From NCBI RefSeq assembly GCF_000281045.1, contig NW_008246068.1, positions 394,859 to 458,858 of the forward strand: 64,000 nt of DNA, read 5' to 3'. The DNA comes from Saprolegnia diclina VS20. Taxonomy: Eukaryota. The notes beneath the pieces were generated by a model, which saw only the letters and a list, made by a program, of their open reading frames with translations, did not search any database and had not been told where the DNA came from. Made by a program: the position numbers and the translations under genes. Below are positions 10,201 through 25,200 of this stretch, one piece after another. Position 1 is the first letter of the stretch, and the number at the start of each line of letters is the position of its first letter.

Positions 10201-13200
10201 CTTTGTCGTTCGACGCTTATGACGATGCGCAACTCACAGCGGCTTGGCCCTCTGAAGGTCCGTTGACCGGCGGCGTCAACGTGACGGTCTCTGGCACAAA
10301 TTTCCAAAACGTCTCGTCGCTCCAGTGCTGGTTTGGCGGTCACGTCCGGAGTCTTGCACGGTTTGTGTCGCCCACGTTGCTGCAATGCACAATGCCCGAT
10401 CTGTTGGCCATCGCGGCCATCGGCGACGCTGTCCCGCTCAGCGTCAGCATCAACGGCATCGACGACTCGAGTACGTCGGTCGCGCTGCTTGTGTACGCCG
10501 CGCCGAGCGTCACCGGCATCTACCCTGCCTTCGGAGCAACGTCAGGCGGCACACTCGTGTCTGTCGTTGGCAGTCGCTTTGTCTCGACACCGCGTCTCGA
10601 ATGCCGCTTCACGGCCACGGCCACTGGCACTCTGGTGGTGACACCGGCCGTTTGCATCTATGCCAGCATGGTGCAGTGCACGGCGCCGCCCGTGGCGACA
10701 GCGGGAACCTACGGTCTCGCACTGTCTCTCAATGGACAAGACGTCTATACTACGGACGCAGCTCTTTTCACATACTACGCTGCTGCTGGCGTCACATCGC
10801 TGACACCGGCGCTGGGTTCGACTCTTGGTGGGACAACTGTTGTTGTGACGGGTGGTCCGTACCTTCCGACAACACCGACGCGCTGCTACTTTGGGTCGGC
10901 CTCCGTCCTTGCTTTGTGGCAAAGCCCGATGCAGCTCGAATGCACAACGCCGGCGCAGACGACACCAGGCGCCGTTGCGTTCTTTGTCGCTTCCAACGGT
11001 ATCGATGCAGACGCGACGTTAACGTTCACGTACTTTGCACCGGTGCAACTGCTGGCCGCGTCGCCGAGCCTGGTGACCAACAGCTTTTTCGGCTCAATTG
11101 CACTCTCGGGCGTATTTCCGCTGGGGCTTGGTCCGATGTCGTGCTTGTCCAACTCGACCTCGATGGCTGCAACGGTGCTCAACGCGTCGACACTGATGTG
11201 CGGGCCCGCTCTGTGGTCGCAGACGACGTCGCTTGCGGTTGTTGTCGGTGCCGACCGCAGTGCAACCTCTGTCACGGTCTTTGCGTATCCTGCATTACGA
11301 ATCGCTGCCGTGGACCCGGTGCTTGTCCCCGTCGGCACCAATGCAACGCAAGTGACCGTGACAGGCGACCACTTTGAGCCACTGGCGTCGCTCACTTGTC
11401 TTTGGAATGACTCGGTTGCCACGCCAGGAACATATGTGTCCTCGACCCAAGCCATCTGCGACATGGATCTGCGCACCACCGGGACCGTTGGCGCAGTGAC
11501 GCTCGCCATGTCGCTGGGTCTTGCCTCGAACGCCTCCAACACGACAACAGTATACGTGTATGCACCGCCCTCGATCGCAACCATCGCACCTCGCCACGGC
11601 CACGCCGGAACTGTCGTGCTTGTGACGCTCTCGCCGGCGCTACCACCGACATCATTTGGGCCACTGCGCTGCCTCTTTGATGGTGTCGCTTTTGCGGGGC
11701 GGCTGTTGAACACAACGGCCGTGTCGTGCACGGCGCCGACACGCTCCGTCAGTGTCTATGCCACGACCGTCCTTCTCTCGGTGCAGATCGACGGTATCCA
11801 GGTGCACTCGGGTGCGGCAACGTTCACGTTTGACGGCTCGGTCCCAGTGGCGTCCATGTACCCGACGATTCTTGATACCTCGGATGCAACCATCGTGTTT
11901 GCAACGGCAGCACCACTGCCGCCTGCGTCGGTCGTTCAAAGCCGATTCGAGCCCAGTGGCACTGTTGTCGACTGCGAAATGCTGGGCTTTTCGTATGTGA
12001 GCTGCGCCGCTCCCCACGGACATCCGAACGACTCGATTGCAGTGGCGTTGGCGCTCAACGGTCAAGCGTTTGTGCCGGTCCGAGCCGGCAACCTCACGTT
12101 CGCCCCATCGACCAGCACACCACGTGTGGTCATGTACCCTGTCACCGCCGTGGCGTACGCGCCGACGACGCTCACGTTTTCGGGCCTCTTTGATACGACG
12201 GCGTCGTATCGGTGCGCATCTGATGACGCGTCATGGTACACTGCCAACGTTGTGTCGCCGACGCTTCTCCAGTGCACCGTCGCGCCACCGACCATCCTTG
12301 CTGCCAACGTGACGTGGCAGCTCCAACGCGACGCCAAGAGCCTGGGTCGCTTTCCGATAACATACATTCCGAGCCCGGTTGTCGCTCAGCTTGTGCCGTC
12401 CGCGATCGAGCAGCTCAGTCCCCGAGCCGAGTTTGCGATCGTCGGTCGCAACTTGACAGCTGTCGGCTTTACGTGCGCCCTCCAAGTGCCGGATGGTGGC
12501 CTCGTTATCGCCGACGCCGCCACCGTTATCAACGCAACCTACGCTCTCTGCACCTTTGGATCCGTGGCATCGGCGTCTGTCGGAAGTGTTTGGGCCCTCT
12601 TGACGTCGAATGACAATGGTCTCGCATGGCTCAAATCGAAGGCGACGCTGACGATCGCAGCGGCGGTACAACTCGAGTCTATGAGCCCCAAGACGACGAC
12701 GATCGGCTCTACGGCCGTTGTTTCGGTCCTCGGGTTTGGTTTCAGTGAAGCAATGTGGTGCATCCTGGACGCAACCACCGTCGTGCCCGCCGTTGTCCTC
12801 GGCGCGACGCGCTTGACGTGCACTGTGCACATCAACCAGGTAGTGCACTCGTCCGGAACCATCTCACGTTATGTGTTGGTAGACGTCGACCTCGGTTGCA
12901 CTGAGCGTCAACGGCGTCGACGCTGCCACGCGCAGCATTACGCTCACGGCAGTGTCGCCGTTGCTCGTGCTTTCGTTTTCTCCGTTGCGCGGTCCCGACG
13001 ACGGCGGCTCGCAGCTCGCGATCGTCGTTGCTCCTCTGGATCCATCATGCGTGTACTATTGCCACATTGGAGAGAGCATTTCGGAGGCCAGAATTTATCG
13101 CGGCAGCGTCACGTGCCCCTCACCAGCATTTCGACCGCCCAACACGACCGTCCGCGTCGGCGTCTCGCTCGACAACCAAACGGTCGCGTACGCTTCTGCA

Positions 13201-16200
13201 GTGTTTACCTACTTCCCGCGCAGCACGCTCGCCCACGTCGTCCCAAACGTCGTTCCTCGGGATGGCAATGCCTCAATGTTAGTCACAGGTACCAATTTCC
13301 AAGACGGTGATGTGGTCTGCAAGCTGGGGTCGATGATCGTGCCAACACTTTACGTCAACGCTACCGCTTTGCACCTCGTCAGTCTGCCCCAGGCGACGGC
13401 GGGCGCGCTCTCTGTGGCATGCTCGTTCAACGGCGGCGTTGACTACGCCGTCGCCCCCGTGCTCGTATCGTTTGAAGATCCATGGACTATCCTGTCGATT
13501 GACCCCAAGCGCGGGTTTGCCTCGGGCGGTGCACCGTTGACGTTGACGGTGTCGACGGCACTCCCCGACGCGTCCGACATACAGTGTGTGTTTACAGGCG
13601 CTGCCTCGGGCACATATGCAGCTACGCTTCTCACGGCAACCACGTGCACGTGCACGACGCCTTCGACCAAGTCCGCCGGCGCTGCGTACGTGCACCTGGC
13701 GTACGCCGGGATGCAAACCGCACCCGTTTTGATCACTTATGACCGTACGTACTGTGCATTGTACGGGGCTAATAGCTCGCTTTAGCGACCCCGACGCTGC
13801 TTGCGCTCTACCCGTCGCAAGGCTCGGAGCTCGGCGGCTACGCCATCTTCATCTCGGGTGTCGCGTTACCGCAATCGCCGCGCTTGACGTGTATTTTTGA
13901 TGCCACGCTTTTGGTCCCGGCAACGTGGTTCGGAAGTGACACGATCCTGTGCGAGGCGCCGCCCCATGCACCGGGCAACACTACCGTCCGCGTCTCTACC
14001 AACGGCGGTCTCGAAGCGTCATTGGCGTCGCTTTCGTTCGAGTACACAGTGCAGCCGACGGTCACGGCCATGGCCCCGGCCAGTGGGCCGTCGACGGGCG
14101 GGAACGCGGTGACGATCTATGGTACAGGGTTCGCCAACACGTCGGCGCTACTGTGCTTTTTCGCCTCGGAACCGGCGACCGCTGTGCTGTACATTGACGC
14201 GACTACCGTCATCTGCACCGCCCCACCGGTGCTGCAAAACGCATCCGTGACCGTCGCCGTTGTCGCTTCGACGACGGGCGACGCCGTGTCGTGCGGACCG
14301 CTGTGTACGTACACGTACCATGCGCCACTGCTCGTTACTTCCATTGCGCCAAAGTACGGACCGTCGTCTGGCGAGACGGCCGTTGTAGTGACGGGACGAA
14401 ATTTTCGCGCATCGGTGCGCTATACATGCGCGTTCCAGCTGGATGCTTCGACAGCTCCGATGCATGTACCGGCGTCGTATCACAGTCCCACGGAGCTGCA
14501 GTGTTGGACGCCACGACTCCCGTATTTGCTTCGAGATCTCGTCTTTGCGACGATCGCCATTGCCGAGACAGGCATTGCGCAAACCGACGCCACCGAGTTT
14601 GGCTTTTACCCCGAGGCGCAACTGACGTCTGTATCACCGGGTCTCGGCACAGAGCTCGGCGGCACAGTGCTGACGCTCGCTGGGTCCAACTTTGTGGCGC
14701 TACCGAGCGCGGCGTGCGATTTCGGCGCCGGTGGCATTTCGCCGGCGCGCGTGCTGTCCCCGACGCTTTTACAGTGCGTCGCGCCGCAGCATGTACCCGG
14801 TCCCGTGCTCCTGGCTGTGTGCCTCAACGGCCAGCAGTGCACCAAGACACGGCTTTACTATGAGTTTTACCCGGCCATGGATCTCACGCAGCTGGTGCCA
14901 TCTCGAGGCTCGGCGCGCGGTCGGACCAGCGTCCTCGTGATCGCAGCGGCGCCCCTTGTGACGGTGGCGTCGTTCGTTTTTTGCTGGTTTGATTTGCAAG
15001 ACACGCGCGTCGCGACGGTGCGTGCGACGGTGGTCACTGCGACAACGGTGCAATGTCTTTCACCTCCGATGCCCGACGCCAGTCGCGTCACCATCACGCT
15101 CTCTCTCAACGGCTACGAGGCCGCGACGACCGCGCTACCGTTTGTCTATACCCAGCAGATCGACATTGCCGACGTATCGCCGACAACGGGTCCCTCCACG
15201 GGCGGGACACGGGTGGCTGTCACTGGGTACAATGTGAACCTGACGTCGTCGTACTTTTGTCATTGGGGCGCGTCGTTCGTGGAGCCTGCCCACGCCGTGT
15301 CGACGTCGACAATTATTTGCGTCGCACCGCCGGCAGCGCTCTCTCCGACAGTGACGCTCGGCATCAGTGACAACGGCGTCGATGTGGCTCTTGCGCCGTC
15401 GCTTTTTCGGTATGTACTGCCGATGGCCTTGATGTCGCTCACGCCACGCCGCGGACCCGAGACGGGCAATTTTTTCGTGACGATTATGGGGTCCGGGTTC
15501 GAGCCTTCGGTCGTGTGCCGCGTCGGCGCCCGCCCGGCGGCACCCGCACAGTGGCTCTCGTCGACATCAATCATGTGCTGGATGCCCCCGAATGCCCCCG
15601 GCACCGTCGCCGTCGCGGTGGCCAACAACGCGGTCGATTTTTCAGTCGTTTACTTTGGCTACAGTGCATCTCCCGTCGCGTCGGCGATGGTTCCGGCGCG
15701 AATCCTTTCGTCGGGCGGGAGCCTCACGGTCCTTGGGGCACATTTTTGGAACGTAACGACGTGGCGCTGTGCTGTCGACGGCGCCGCCTCGCGCGATGCC
15801 ATATTTCTGAATGCTTCGGCGCTTGGATGTGGGTTTGCTACGCTTTCTCCAGGCACGTCGGTGTTGCGCCTGTTTGAAACGACCACCGGTGTCTCGGTGA
15901 CGGTGCCGCAGTCTCTGGTCGTCGTCGTGCCACCGCATATTGCTCGAGCGGTTCCTTACCTCTTGCCAGCCAACACCAGCACGATGGTGACGCTCTACGG
16001 CACGGACTATTCTTATATGCACGTTTGCCAAGCCAGCGATGGTACTTACCTCTCGACGCAGTTCTTGGGGGTGACGGAGGTGCGCTGTCGCGTCGATACA
16101 GCGACGATGAGTCTCTCGTTGTCCGACTTGGAACTGGAAGCCGCGCTCTCGAGCACCGCGCTGAGCTACTACGAGCCATACGACATCATTGCCGCATCCC

Positions 16201-19200
16201 CACCGTTTGGGAGCTCAGACGGCGGCACATTGGTGGTCATCACGATTGCGCCGGCGTTGTTTGACAGTGCATGGCCCATGACGTGCCAGTTTGGCGCTGT
16301 GGCTACACCAGCAACGTACCTCAATGCGTCGGCTGTTGGCTGCTTCTCGCCCGAGGTCTCAAGCCCCCGAAAGGTGCAGCTTTCGGTCAGCCTCAACAGT
16401 GTCCACTACCCCCGCCCGATCGACTTCGAGTATTTGGACGCCGTCGTCATCGATGACGTGACGCCGGCGCTGGCAATGACGCTGGGTGGGACGAGGATCA
16501 CGCTCACGGGTCGTCATTTTGTGCCTGGCGCGCAGTGTGTGTTGAACCAGTCGATGGTACCGAGTACGGTGCTGTCGTCGACGCAGGCCTTCTGCAAGGT
16601 CCCACCTGCGACACACGCCGGACCTCTCACCGTGACGTTGTCCAACAATGGCGTGGACGTTCCCGGCTCGGTGGCAGTCCTTACGATGTACGCCCCGCCA
16701 ACAATACTGTCGGTGGCACCGCGAATGGGATCTACGACGGGTGGCACCCGCATCCGCGTCGTCACACAGTCGCCAATAAACTTGAACGTGGCGCTGCCGA
16801 CCTGTCAAGTCGGCAACGCAACGGCGTCCGCCACAATCATCAACGCCACGTGCTTGGAGTGCGTGTCGGCAGTGAGCGCCGATGCCACGACTGTCCCGTT
16901 CCAGATAGCTTTTGTCGGCGATGATTTTGTCGATCTTGGAAGGTTCGAGTACGTCTGGCCGCTGAATGTGTCGGTTGTCGAGCCGATGCTAAGCACTGAA
17001 GTGGGCGGTGGCACGGTGACGGTTGCAACACTCGACCCAGCGTTCTCGACGATGACCGCTGTCATGTGTCGTTTTGGCAGTCGGGCGCCAGTAGGCGCGG
17101 TCGTTTCGTCGCCACGCAGCGTCTCGTGTCCTGCTCCAGCGCACGCCCCGGGGGTCGTTGAACTCACCATCACCCGCAACGGAATCGACTTTGAGCTGGC
17201 CACAACATCGTTCGTGTACTTGCCGGTACAGACAAGCTCGGGCATCATGCCGGTCGCGGGACCGGCGTCGGGCAATACGACGGTATCTGTCTTTGGCTCG
17301 AGCTTTTCTGCCTGCGCCGCGCTCCAGTGTCGTTTTGGCACAAAAACAGTCGCGGCGACGCTCCTTGCGTCGACGCAGGTCGTGTGTCGCACGCCGTCGG
17401 TGGCGGCACCGATCGTGACGAGCGTCACCGTGGCATGTGGATCCGTCGACCTCGTGACGCTGCCGGATGCTTTCAAGTTCTATGCATCGCCCGTTGTGTA
17501 TCGCACGACACCGTTGCTCGTGCCGTCGTCCGGTGGCAGTCGACTGGTGCTGCAAGGTCGCTTCGACGCACCCAGCATCGTCTGTCGGTTTGGTGCGTCG
17601 GCCATCGTAACGGGTGTTGTTGTCAATGCTACGGTGGTTATTTGCATGACGCCCCCGCTCGCGCCGGGTGTCGTCACCGTTGAGGTCTCGAGCAACGAGT
17701 ACGACTACACCTATGGACCGCAAGCTCTACGCGTGCATTCGCCAGTGGTGCTCCAGAGCGTCTCCCCAACAGATGTGCATGCCGGCTCGAACACGACCGT
17801 GATGGTGCACGGAGTCGGGTTCCTTGATGTGCCGACGCTTCGGTGCCGATTCGGAGCTTTACCAGCAACGCCAGCTCGGTTTCTCTCGAAACAGACCATT
17901 GTATGCATCGTACCACCCGTCGCACGGCAAACCGTCGTCGACGTGTCGGTGGCCAACAACGGTGTCGACTTTGGCGACGGCGCTGGCATTCGTGTGCATT
18001 TCCATGATCCTCCAACGTTGATGTCCGTGGCGCCGACGTCGGGGCCCACGTCGGGTGCGTCGATTCTGACGCTAACGGGAGCGGGGTTCTTGCCGTCAAC
18101 GTCACTAGCGTGTACGTTTACTTCTGGGTTGGCGACGCCGGCGGTATTTGTTTCGGCCACGCAAGTCGTGTGCGCGACGCCGGCCGTGGACGCACCACTC
18201 ACAACGCGCATCCAGGTGCGATATGTTAACACCAACGTCACGACTGCAGCAAGTGTCGCTTTCACATACCAGTCGACCATCACAGTCACAAGCGTCATGC
18301 CCACCACGATTTTTTCGGGTGGCACTCCCAGCTCGTTGGTCATGACCGGCTTCAACTTTGACTCAAGGTCGGCGCTGCAGTGCGTGCTCTCAATCAATGG
18401 GACCGAGCGTCACTGGCCGGCGGTGGTCGAATCTTCTACGACGCTGCGCTGCCACGGCAACGTCGTCGCGCCTGGCATGTACCAGTTGCACGTCACGGGT
18501 ACACGTGTGGCGACGACGGGCCGCACTTGGTTTGTCCATGCCCGCGCAATGGCGACGGTGTCTGACGTGCACCCTCTTCAGAGCTTGGAGGGCGGTGGCA
18601 CGCGCGTACTGGTGTCGGGCAGCAGTTTTTCGGTCCTCGACGCCTTCGCCTGTCGCTTTGGCCCAACGTCCGTACCAGCCACCGTGACGTCGTCGACGCA
18701 ACTCGAGTGTGTGGCGCCACCGATGGGACCCCATCACAACGTCCTTTTCGCGGTTCTCCAAGCCGATCAGTCGCTGGCTTTTGCACCTGTCACGTTTGCG
18801 TACGTCGTGGCGCCCAGTGTCGTGCGACTGGATGCATCGATACTGGCTTCAAGACGACCGACCCAGGTGTTTATGGACGGTGCCAACTTTGTGTCGGGGC
18901 TCGATTGCCTCTGGGTTGGACTCGATGCAGTGCGCGCGGCGCCAGCGACAGTGCTTTCGTCGACACGGCTCATGTGCCCTATCAACGTTGACGCTCCAGG
19001 CAGTGCTCGGCTGCTCTTGCAGCTACACGGCGTTGCTGTCGACACCAACACGACGATTCAGGTCGTCGATGTCCCCACGGTTACGGCGGTAGCCCCAAGA
19101 TTTGGCCGTCCCGGGTCACGCCTCACGATTACGGGCTTGGGCTTCGCGGCGGGCCCCAACCTGGGCTGCCATATCGGAGGCGCGTTTGTCGCCGCCATCT

Positions 19201-22200
19201 ACATTTCGTCGACCCAAGTGATGTGTACGGTGCCGACCACATACAATGCACCACAAGCGTCGGTGACCGTGACCAACATTGGCAGCGACGTTAGCAATAG
19301 CGTACTGCTGACGTACGTCGAGTCGGCAGTCCCCATGAGTATTGACCCACCGTTTGGCTCAGTGGCTGGCGGGACCTTGGTTACGATTCCTCTTGCCGGC
19401 TCCATGCTGTGGCCCATGGATCTTTTGTGCCGATTTGGTGCCGTGGCAGTCCCTGCAACGGTCATCAACGCGTCGATGGTGCGGTGCATGACGCCGCTAA
19501 ACCAACGCCCGGGCGTCGTCGACGTGACTCTCTTGGTGGCGTTGGACAACTCTTTGCTTTCAGTCGAGACACGCCCGTTGCGGTTTGGCTACATGGAAGA
19601 TATTGCGATCGTGACCGTAGCGCCAGCGTTCGGGTCGCTGTCAGGAAACACGCTCGTGTCCGTCGTAACTTCGGCCGTCGACCTGGACCTGCTCGACTCC
19701 CACCGGCTTTTGTGCGGCTTTGGCTCGGTTCGTGTCCCGGCATGGCGCACAAGTCGGTCGACGCTGGAGTGTGTGACACCACCAGCGGTTATGGAAGGTG
19801 CTGTGGCTCTCACCGTCAGTGTCAACGGTATCGACTTCAGCTCGAACGCAGTTTCCTTTACATACCAAGCATCACTCACGGTGACGTCGGTAGTTCCCAA
19901 CACGGGAAGTGTCCTTGGTGGCACGCTATTGCGATTTCTCGGTGCCAACTTGGACAGGATGAGCCCGGCATCGGCGGCTTGTCGCTTTGCAGACGCGGCG
20001 ACGGAAGCAATTTTCGTCGTTGCAACGATCGTATCCGCTCAGGAAGCTCACTGCGTGGCACCGGCATGGGCCGTCGAGACGTATACTACCGTGGTTCTTA
20101 CGGACGCCGTGCTCACATCGAATTCGGTTGGTTTCGAGTACCAAGCGCCGATCACGATCGCGTCGGTGGAGCCTGCTGTCGTCAGCGAGGCAGGCGGTCT
20201 GTCGATGCTTGTCATAGGAGATTCCTTTCGAGCAGACTCGGCTCTCTGCTGTATCTTTGGATCTATCCGCGTGCCAGCAACTTGGCGTTCGTCACGCTTG
20301 CTGCAGTGCACGAGCCCGCGCCATGTTCCAGGACCGCTGACGTTGGCCGTGTCAGCCAATGGCATCGATATTTCCAACGCGTTAGCACTGCGTGTGACAG
20401 CGCAGCCCTCGATCACCGATGTCGAGCCGTCGCACGGCTTTGTCTCTGCACCAACCTCGATTCGTGTTTTGGGCACTGGCTTTGATGCAACGGTGGCGTG
20501 GCAGTGCGTCGTTGGGGACAGTGTCGTCACTGCGACGGTAGTTGATCGTAACACTTTGGCGTGTGTGGCGCCGCACCCGACGGCAGCGTACTCGGCAGTC
20601 GTGTCAGTGTCGGTCGCAACGGCGACAGGTATCACTGTGCCAGAAAGCCTTCCGTTCTACTACGATGTGGTCGTCAACGCAACGACGGCAGCGCCGGCAA
20701 GCGGACCGACCACCGGTGGCACCTCTGTCATTTTGTCGGGCGTCTTTGTCAATGCGGAGGAGAGCCTCCGTTGCATCTTTGGTGACTCGGAAACCCAAGC
20801 AACGATTCTGAGCTCGTCGACTGTCGAGTGTATTTCACCGTCGACGTCGTCGCCAAGGGTTGTGCCGTTGTTGTTGCAAGTCGCCGGCCAGCGCCCAACG
20901 CCGACGGGGTTTACGTTTGTGTATTACCCGCCTCCAAGTGTGAGCGCCGTGGCGCCAGCCGTGGTTCTTGGACCGACGCTCATTGAAGTGACGGGTGCCA
21001 ACTTTAGTTTGAGCTCCGTATGCCGGTTTGGTCGCGACACAATAGTGTCAGCACGCTTTGTCACGATGACGTTGCTGCAGTGTGCGGCACCGGCGCATGC
21101 CCCGGGGCTCACGGCGGTCGATGTCAGCAACAACGGTGTGGACTTTAGCGTCAGTGGCTTGACGGTGCTGTACGAACCCGAAGTTGCAATCACCGCCGTT
21201 CGCCCGGCATCGGTTCTGACGACCGGTGGCAAGACGCTCACCATCACCGGCATCGGCTTTGCGTCCCAACTCACGCTCTTCTGCATGTTTGACGACCACG
21301 GGCGCTCGATTTTGCAGGCAGCGGTGGTTCTCAATGCCACGACCTGTACCTGCGTGACGCCGCCTCTCGCGCTGGGCGTGATTCCGCTCTCGCTGACCAC
21401 GACGCAGCAAGACTTTACGTCCAATCACGTGTCACTGACGTCCGTGGCAGTACCGGAGCTCTTGCGCCTCACGCCAACGCACGGGACGATCGCAGGAGGA
21501 ACGCAGCTCGTTCTGTACGGCATCAACTGGTTTGTCGATCCAACCGCGTCGATGGCGTGCTGTTTCAATACCAGCGCTTGCGTCCCGGCGTATCTGGAGC
21601 CGTCCACGAGCAGTGTACGATGCACAACGCCCGTGTTCAATGCTACAAGTCGCGTCTCAGTCGACGTCGTTGTCGACGACGTTCGGCCTCGGTTTCCGCT
21701 GGCATTCTTTGTCGACGCAGAAGTCTCAGTAGAGTCCATGGTGCCGAAGCATGCGCGGGAAATGGCGGGTACGGTCCTCACGCTGACTGGCGGCAACTTC
21801 TTCGACACCCCGGAGCTGGCGTGCGTCGTCGGCGAGGTGCGCCTGCCCGCACGATTCTTTAGCACGTCTGCGATCGCATGTACACTCCCGCGGCTGTTGC
21901 CGGGCAGCGTACGTGTTGCAGTGACCACGAACGGCGTCGATGTTGTGTCAGCCCCGATGGCGCTGGTGGTGGACCCCGTCACGACGTCGATTCACACCAT
22001 CTCGCCAACGTCGGGCCCGATCCATGGCAATACGCTAGTGATACTTCTTCACAACCTTCCACTGGCAGTCTCGTCGGTCATGTACTGCGCGTTCGGCGCC
22101 ACGCATGTCCCAGCAACCACCGTCAACAGGTCGGCGCTAACGTGCTTGACGCCGCCGTCCCCAACTGTCACGGCGGTCAACGTGTCTCTGGTCGAGCGTA

Positions 22201-25200
22201 CGACGTCACTTGGGTCGTCCATCGTGTACGACGACTTTGACGGCATGTTTGTGTACGCTGCGTGGCCAACAGTGCAGCGTATTGCGCCATCGTCGGGCAC
22301 CGCGGCGTCCATAGTGTCGGTGACAGGCTCAGGGTTTACGTCCGCGTCTGAGATTCGATTTGGTGACGCGGGTGCGTCGCGCTGTGATGTATGGACGCCA
22401 ACGACCTGCACGGTCCGTGTGCCGGCCCCTGATGGCGACAACGGAGGTCCAGTGCTTGTCGCCGCTTCCAACAACGGCGTCGACTTTGCGTCGTCCACGG
22501 CGCTGTTTCTGTATATGCCCGAGGTTGTCGTGACGTCGGTGTCGCCCTCGGTTTTGCGGTCGGCGGCATTGGTGACGGTGCGCGGCGCCAACTTTGACTC
22601 GACATTTGCATCGGCGCTTGTGTGTCGAATTCATACCGTGCACGTGCCGGCGACCGTGGTTGCGCCAGACGAGGTGCAGTGTGTCGCACCTGCATTACGC
22701 AGTGGCAACTACTCTGTCGATGTCTCTATCAACGGCGTCGACTTTACCAAAAGCCACGTGCTGCTCGAGTACAAGGAGCCACTTGTCTGGACATCGATTC
22801 ATCCGCGTTTTGGGTCCACCGAAGGCAACACTGTTGTGACGCTGACAACAAGCTCGACTGTTTCGGAAACGGACGTTCTCTCGGCCTATTGCGCGTTCAA
22901 CACGACCGTCGTTCCTGCGACGCTGGTCAATGCGTCGACTGTGACGTGCACGGCACCACCCACCCCGATGCCGGGCCCTATGACACTGCACCTCGTACAG
23001 TACGATACGTCCCACCAAATGACGTTGGAGAATGTACTGTCGCGGCCATTGGATGCAGCGCCCGGCGTCTACACCTACGTTGCACCGATGCGCGTCACGG
23101 CAATATCGCCCACCCGCGGTTGGCGCTCGGGTGGCAGCGTTGTCACCGTTCTTGGCGCCAACTTTGCACCGTCGCCGTCGCTCGGGTGCTTCTTTGGGCC
23201 ATTGTTTGTGCCTGCCACCTTCGTGTCCCCCACAGTACTTCGGTGCACGTCGCCAGCACCAGAAAGCACTGCCACCGACTATCTCGTCGCGATCACGGCC
23301 AACGCCGTGGACGTGCTCGCAACACACATTGCGTTCCACTACCAGCCAGACATTGTCGTGGCGTCGATAACGCCGGCGAAGGCGTCCCTTGCGGGTGGTG
23401 GCACCGTTCAGATCCACGGGGCAGCCTTTGATGCGCTTTCAAACGTGAGCTGCGTCTTCAATACCGTTGCAGTGCCCGCAACGGTGGTTGCCCCAACGAG
23501 GATTGTGTGCACGGTGCCACCCGCTACTCGCGAGACGACCGTTCAAGTCGGTCTTGGCATCAACGAGGCGGATGTTTTCCCCGCCACCTTGGCATTCGAG
23601 TATAAGCAAGCGGCGATCGTCCATAGTCTCTCGCCGCGCACTGGGCCGCACCGGGGCAACACAACCGTGTCGGTGCAAGGCGACGGCTTTGCGCCAGGGA
23701 TGGTGTGCTTCTTCGGTCTGCGGTATGTGCTTGCAACGGTTCTCTCGTCGACCAAGCTCGCTTGTGTCACACCCGCCGTCGACTTCAACACGACAGCAGT
23801 TGTTTTCGGCGTCGACGCTGTGACGGCGGACGCTACCGTCGTCGGTATCGGAGACACGGATGCACTGACGTTTTACTACACGGTACTGCCTACGATCTCA
23901 CAACTGGTTCCTGCTGCCGGACCGACGACTGGAGGCACCAGCGTGGTGTTGACCGTACCCGACGGCCTCGGCTATCTGGACATGATCGACTGCAAATTCT
24001 GCGACATAATTGTTACTGGGACTTTTCAGGGACCGACGACGGTAGCGTGCACGGCCCCCGCCGTCGCCGCGCCGCGCACGTGTCCGCTGACGCTGTCAAC
24101 GAACCACCTCGATTTTGGTGACGAAATCTGGGCCTTTGCCTACTACATGTCGCCGCAACTGACATCGGTGTTCCCAGCACGTGGGCCCAGCAACAGCTAT
24201 ACGAATGTGACACTCTTTGGGGCCAACTTTGTCGACGGTGGAACGCCCCAGTGTAAAATCGGCGGCAAAACGATACCTGCGACGCTCGAGTCGGACTCGC
24301 AGCTGCGCTGCCTCGTGCCACCAGGTGTCACACAAGCCGATATTCAGCAAGTGCAGATCCAAGGCCCACCGTTGGCGCCAACCGTTCAAGTCGTCACAAC
24401 GACGGCCGCGCCCGCGACCAACGAAGTCCAAGTGGTCACAACGTCGGCCTGGGCTAACGGGCCGCAGGTCCAAGCCATTGCTGCGACGCTGCCGGCTGCT
24501 CAAATGGAAGTGTACGAAATCACAACGAGCAGTGCGTATCAGCCGACGGTTCAAATGCTCACGTTCACAACGACGCCGATACTACCCGAGGTGCACACTG
24601 TCATGACAACAGGAGCGTCAACCGTCGGCGGGTCATTTACGATCAACGTCTTGGGCTTCAACGTCGTCGTTGGCGCGAGTGATTCGGCGTCTACCGTCCA
24701 GCAAAACCTTGTCGCGGCGACGCTCGGTTCCCACGGTTGCTCGGTCGCGCGCTCGTCCGGTGCGCTCAACACGTATACGTGGACAATCACATTTACAACC
24801 GACGCGGGGACGTTGGCTCTGACGCGACTCGTGTCGACGAGCGCCCTCACCGGCACCAGTGCGTCCGTGGTCGTGGCGCGCGTTCGCGCTGGCACCGTCA
24901 TGGAAGTGCAAACCATTTGCATCTACGGCGCCGTCTTCTCGGGCTCTCTCGCTACGATCGATGTGTCGCTCCAGGGACAAGTGGTTGCCAGCCAAATTAG
25001 TGTTCTTGCAAGCGCTACGTCCATGGCATCGGCGCTCAATGCCCTCGGTGCTCTCGGCGTTGTGACTGTGTCGCTGCAAACCAGCACGTATACTGACGTC
25101 AGCGGCGCCGTCTACGAGCGGTTTCAATGGGCCGTCACGTGCACGTCACGCAGCCAGTTTGGTGGACGCCTTCAAGTACAACTGTACAACAGCGTGGGGC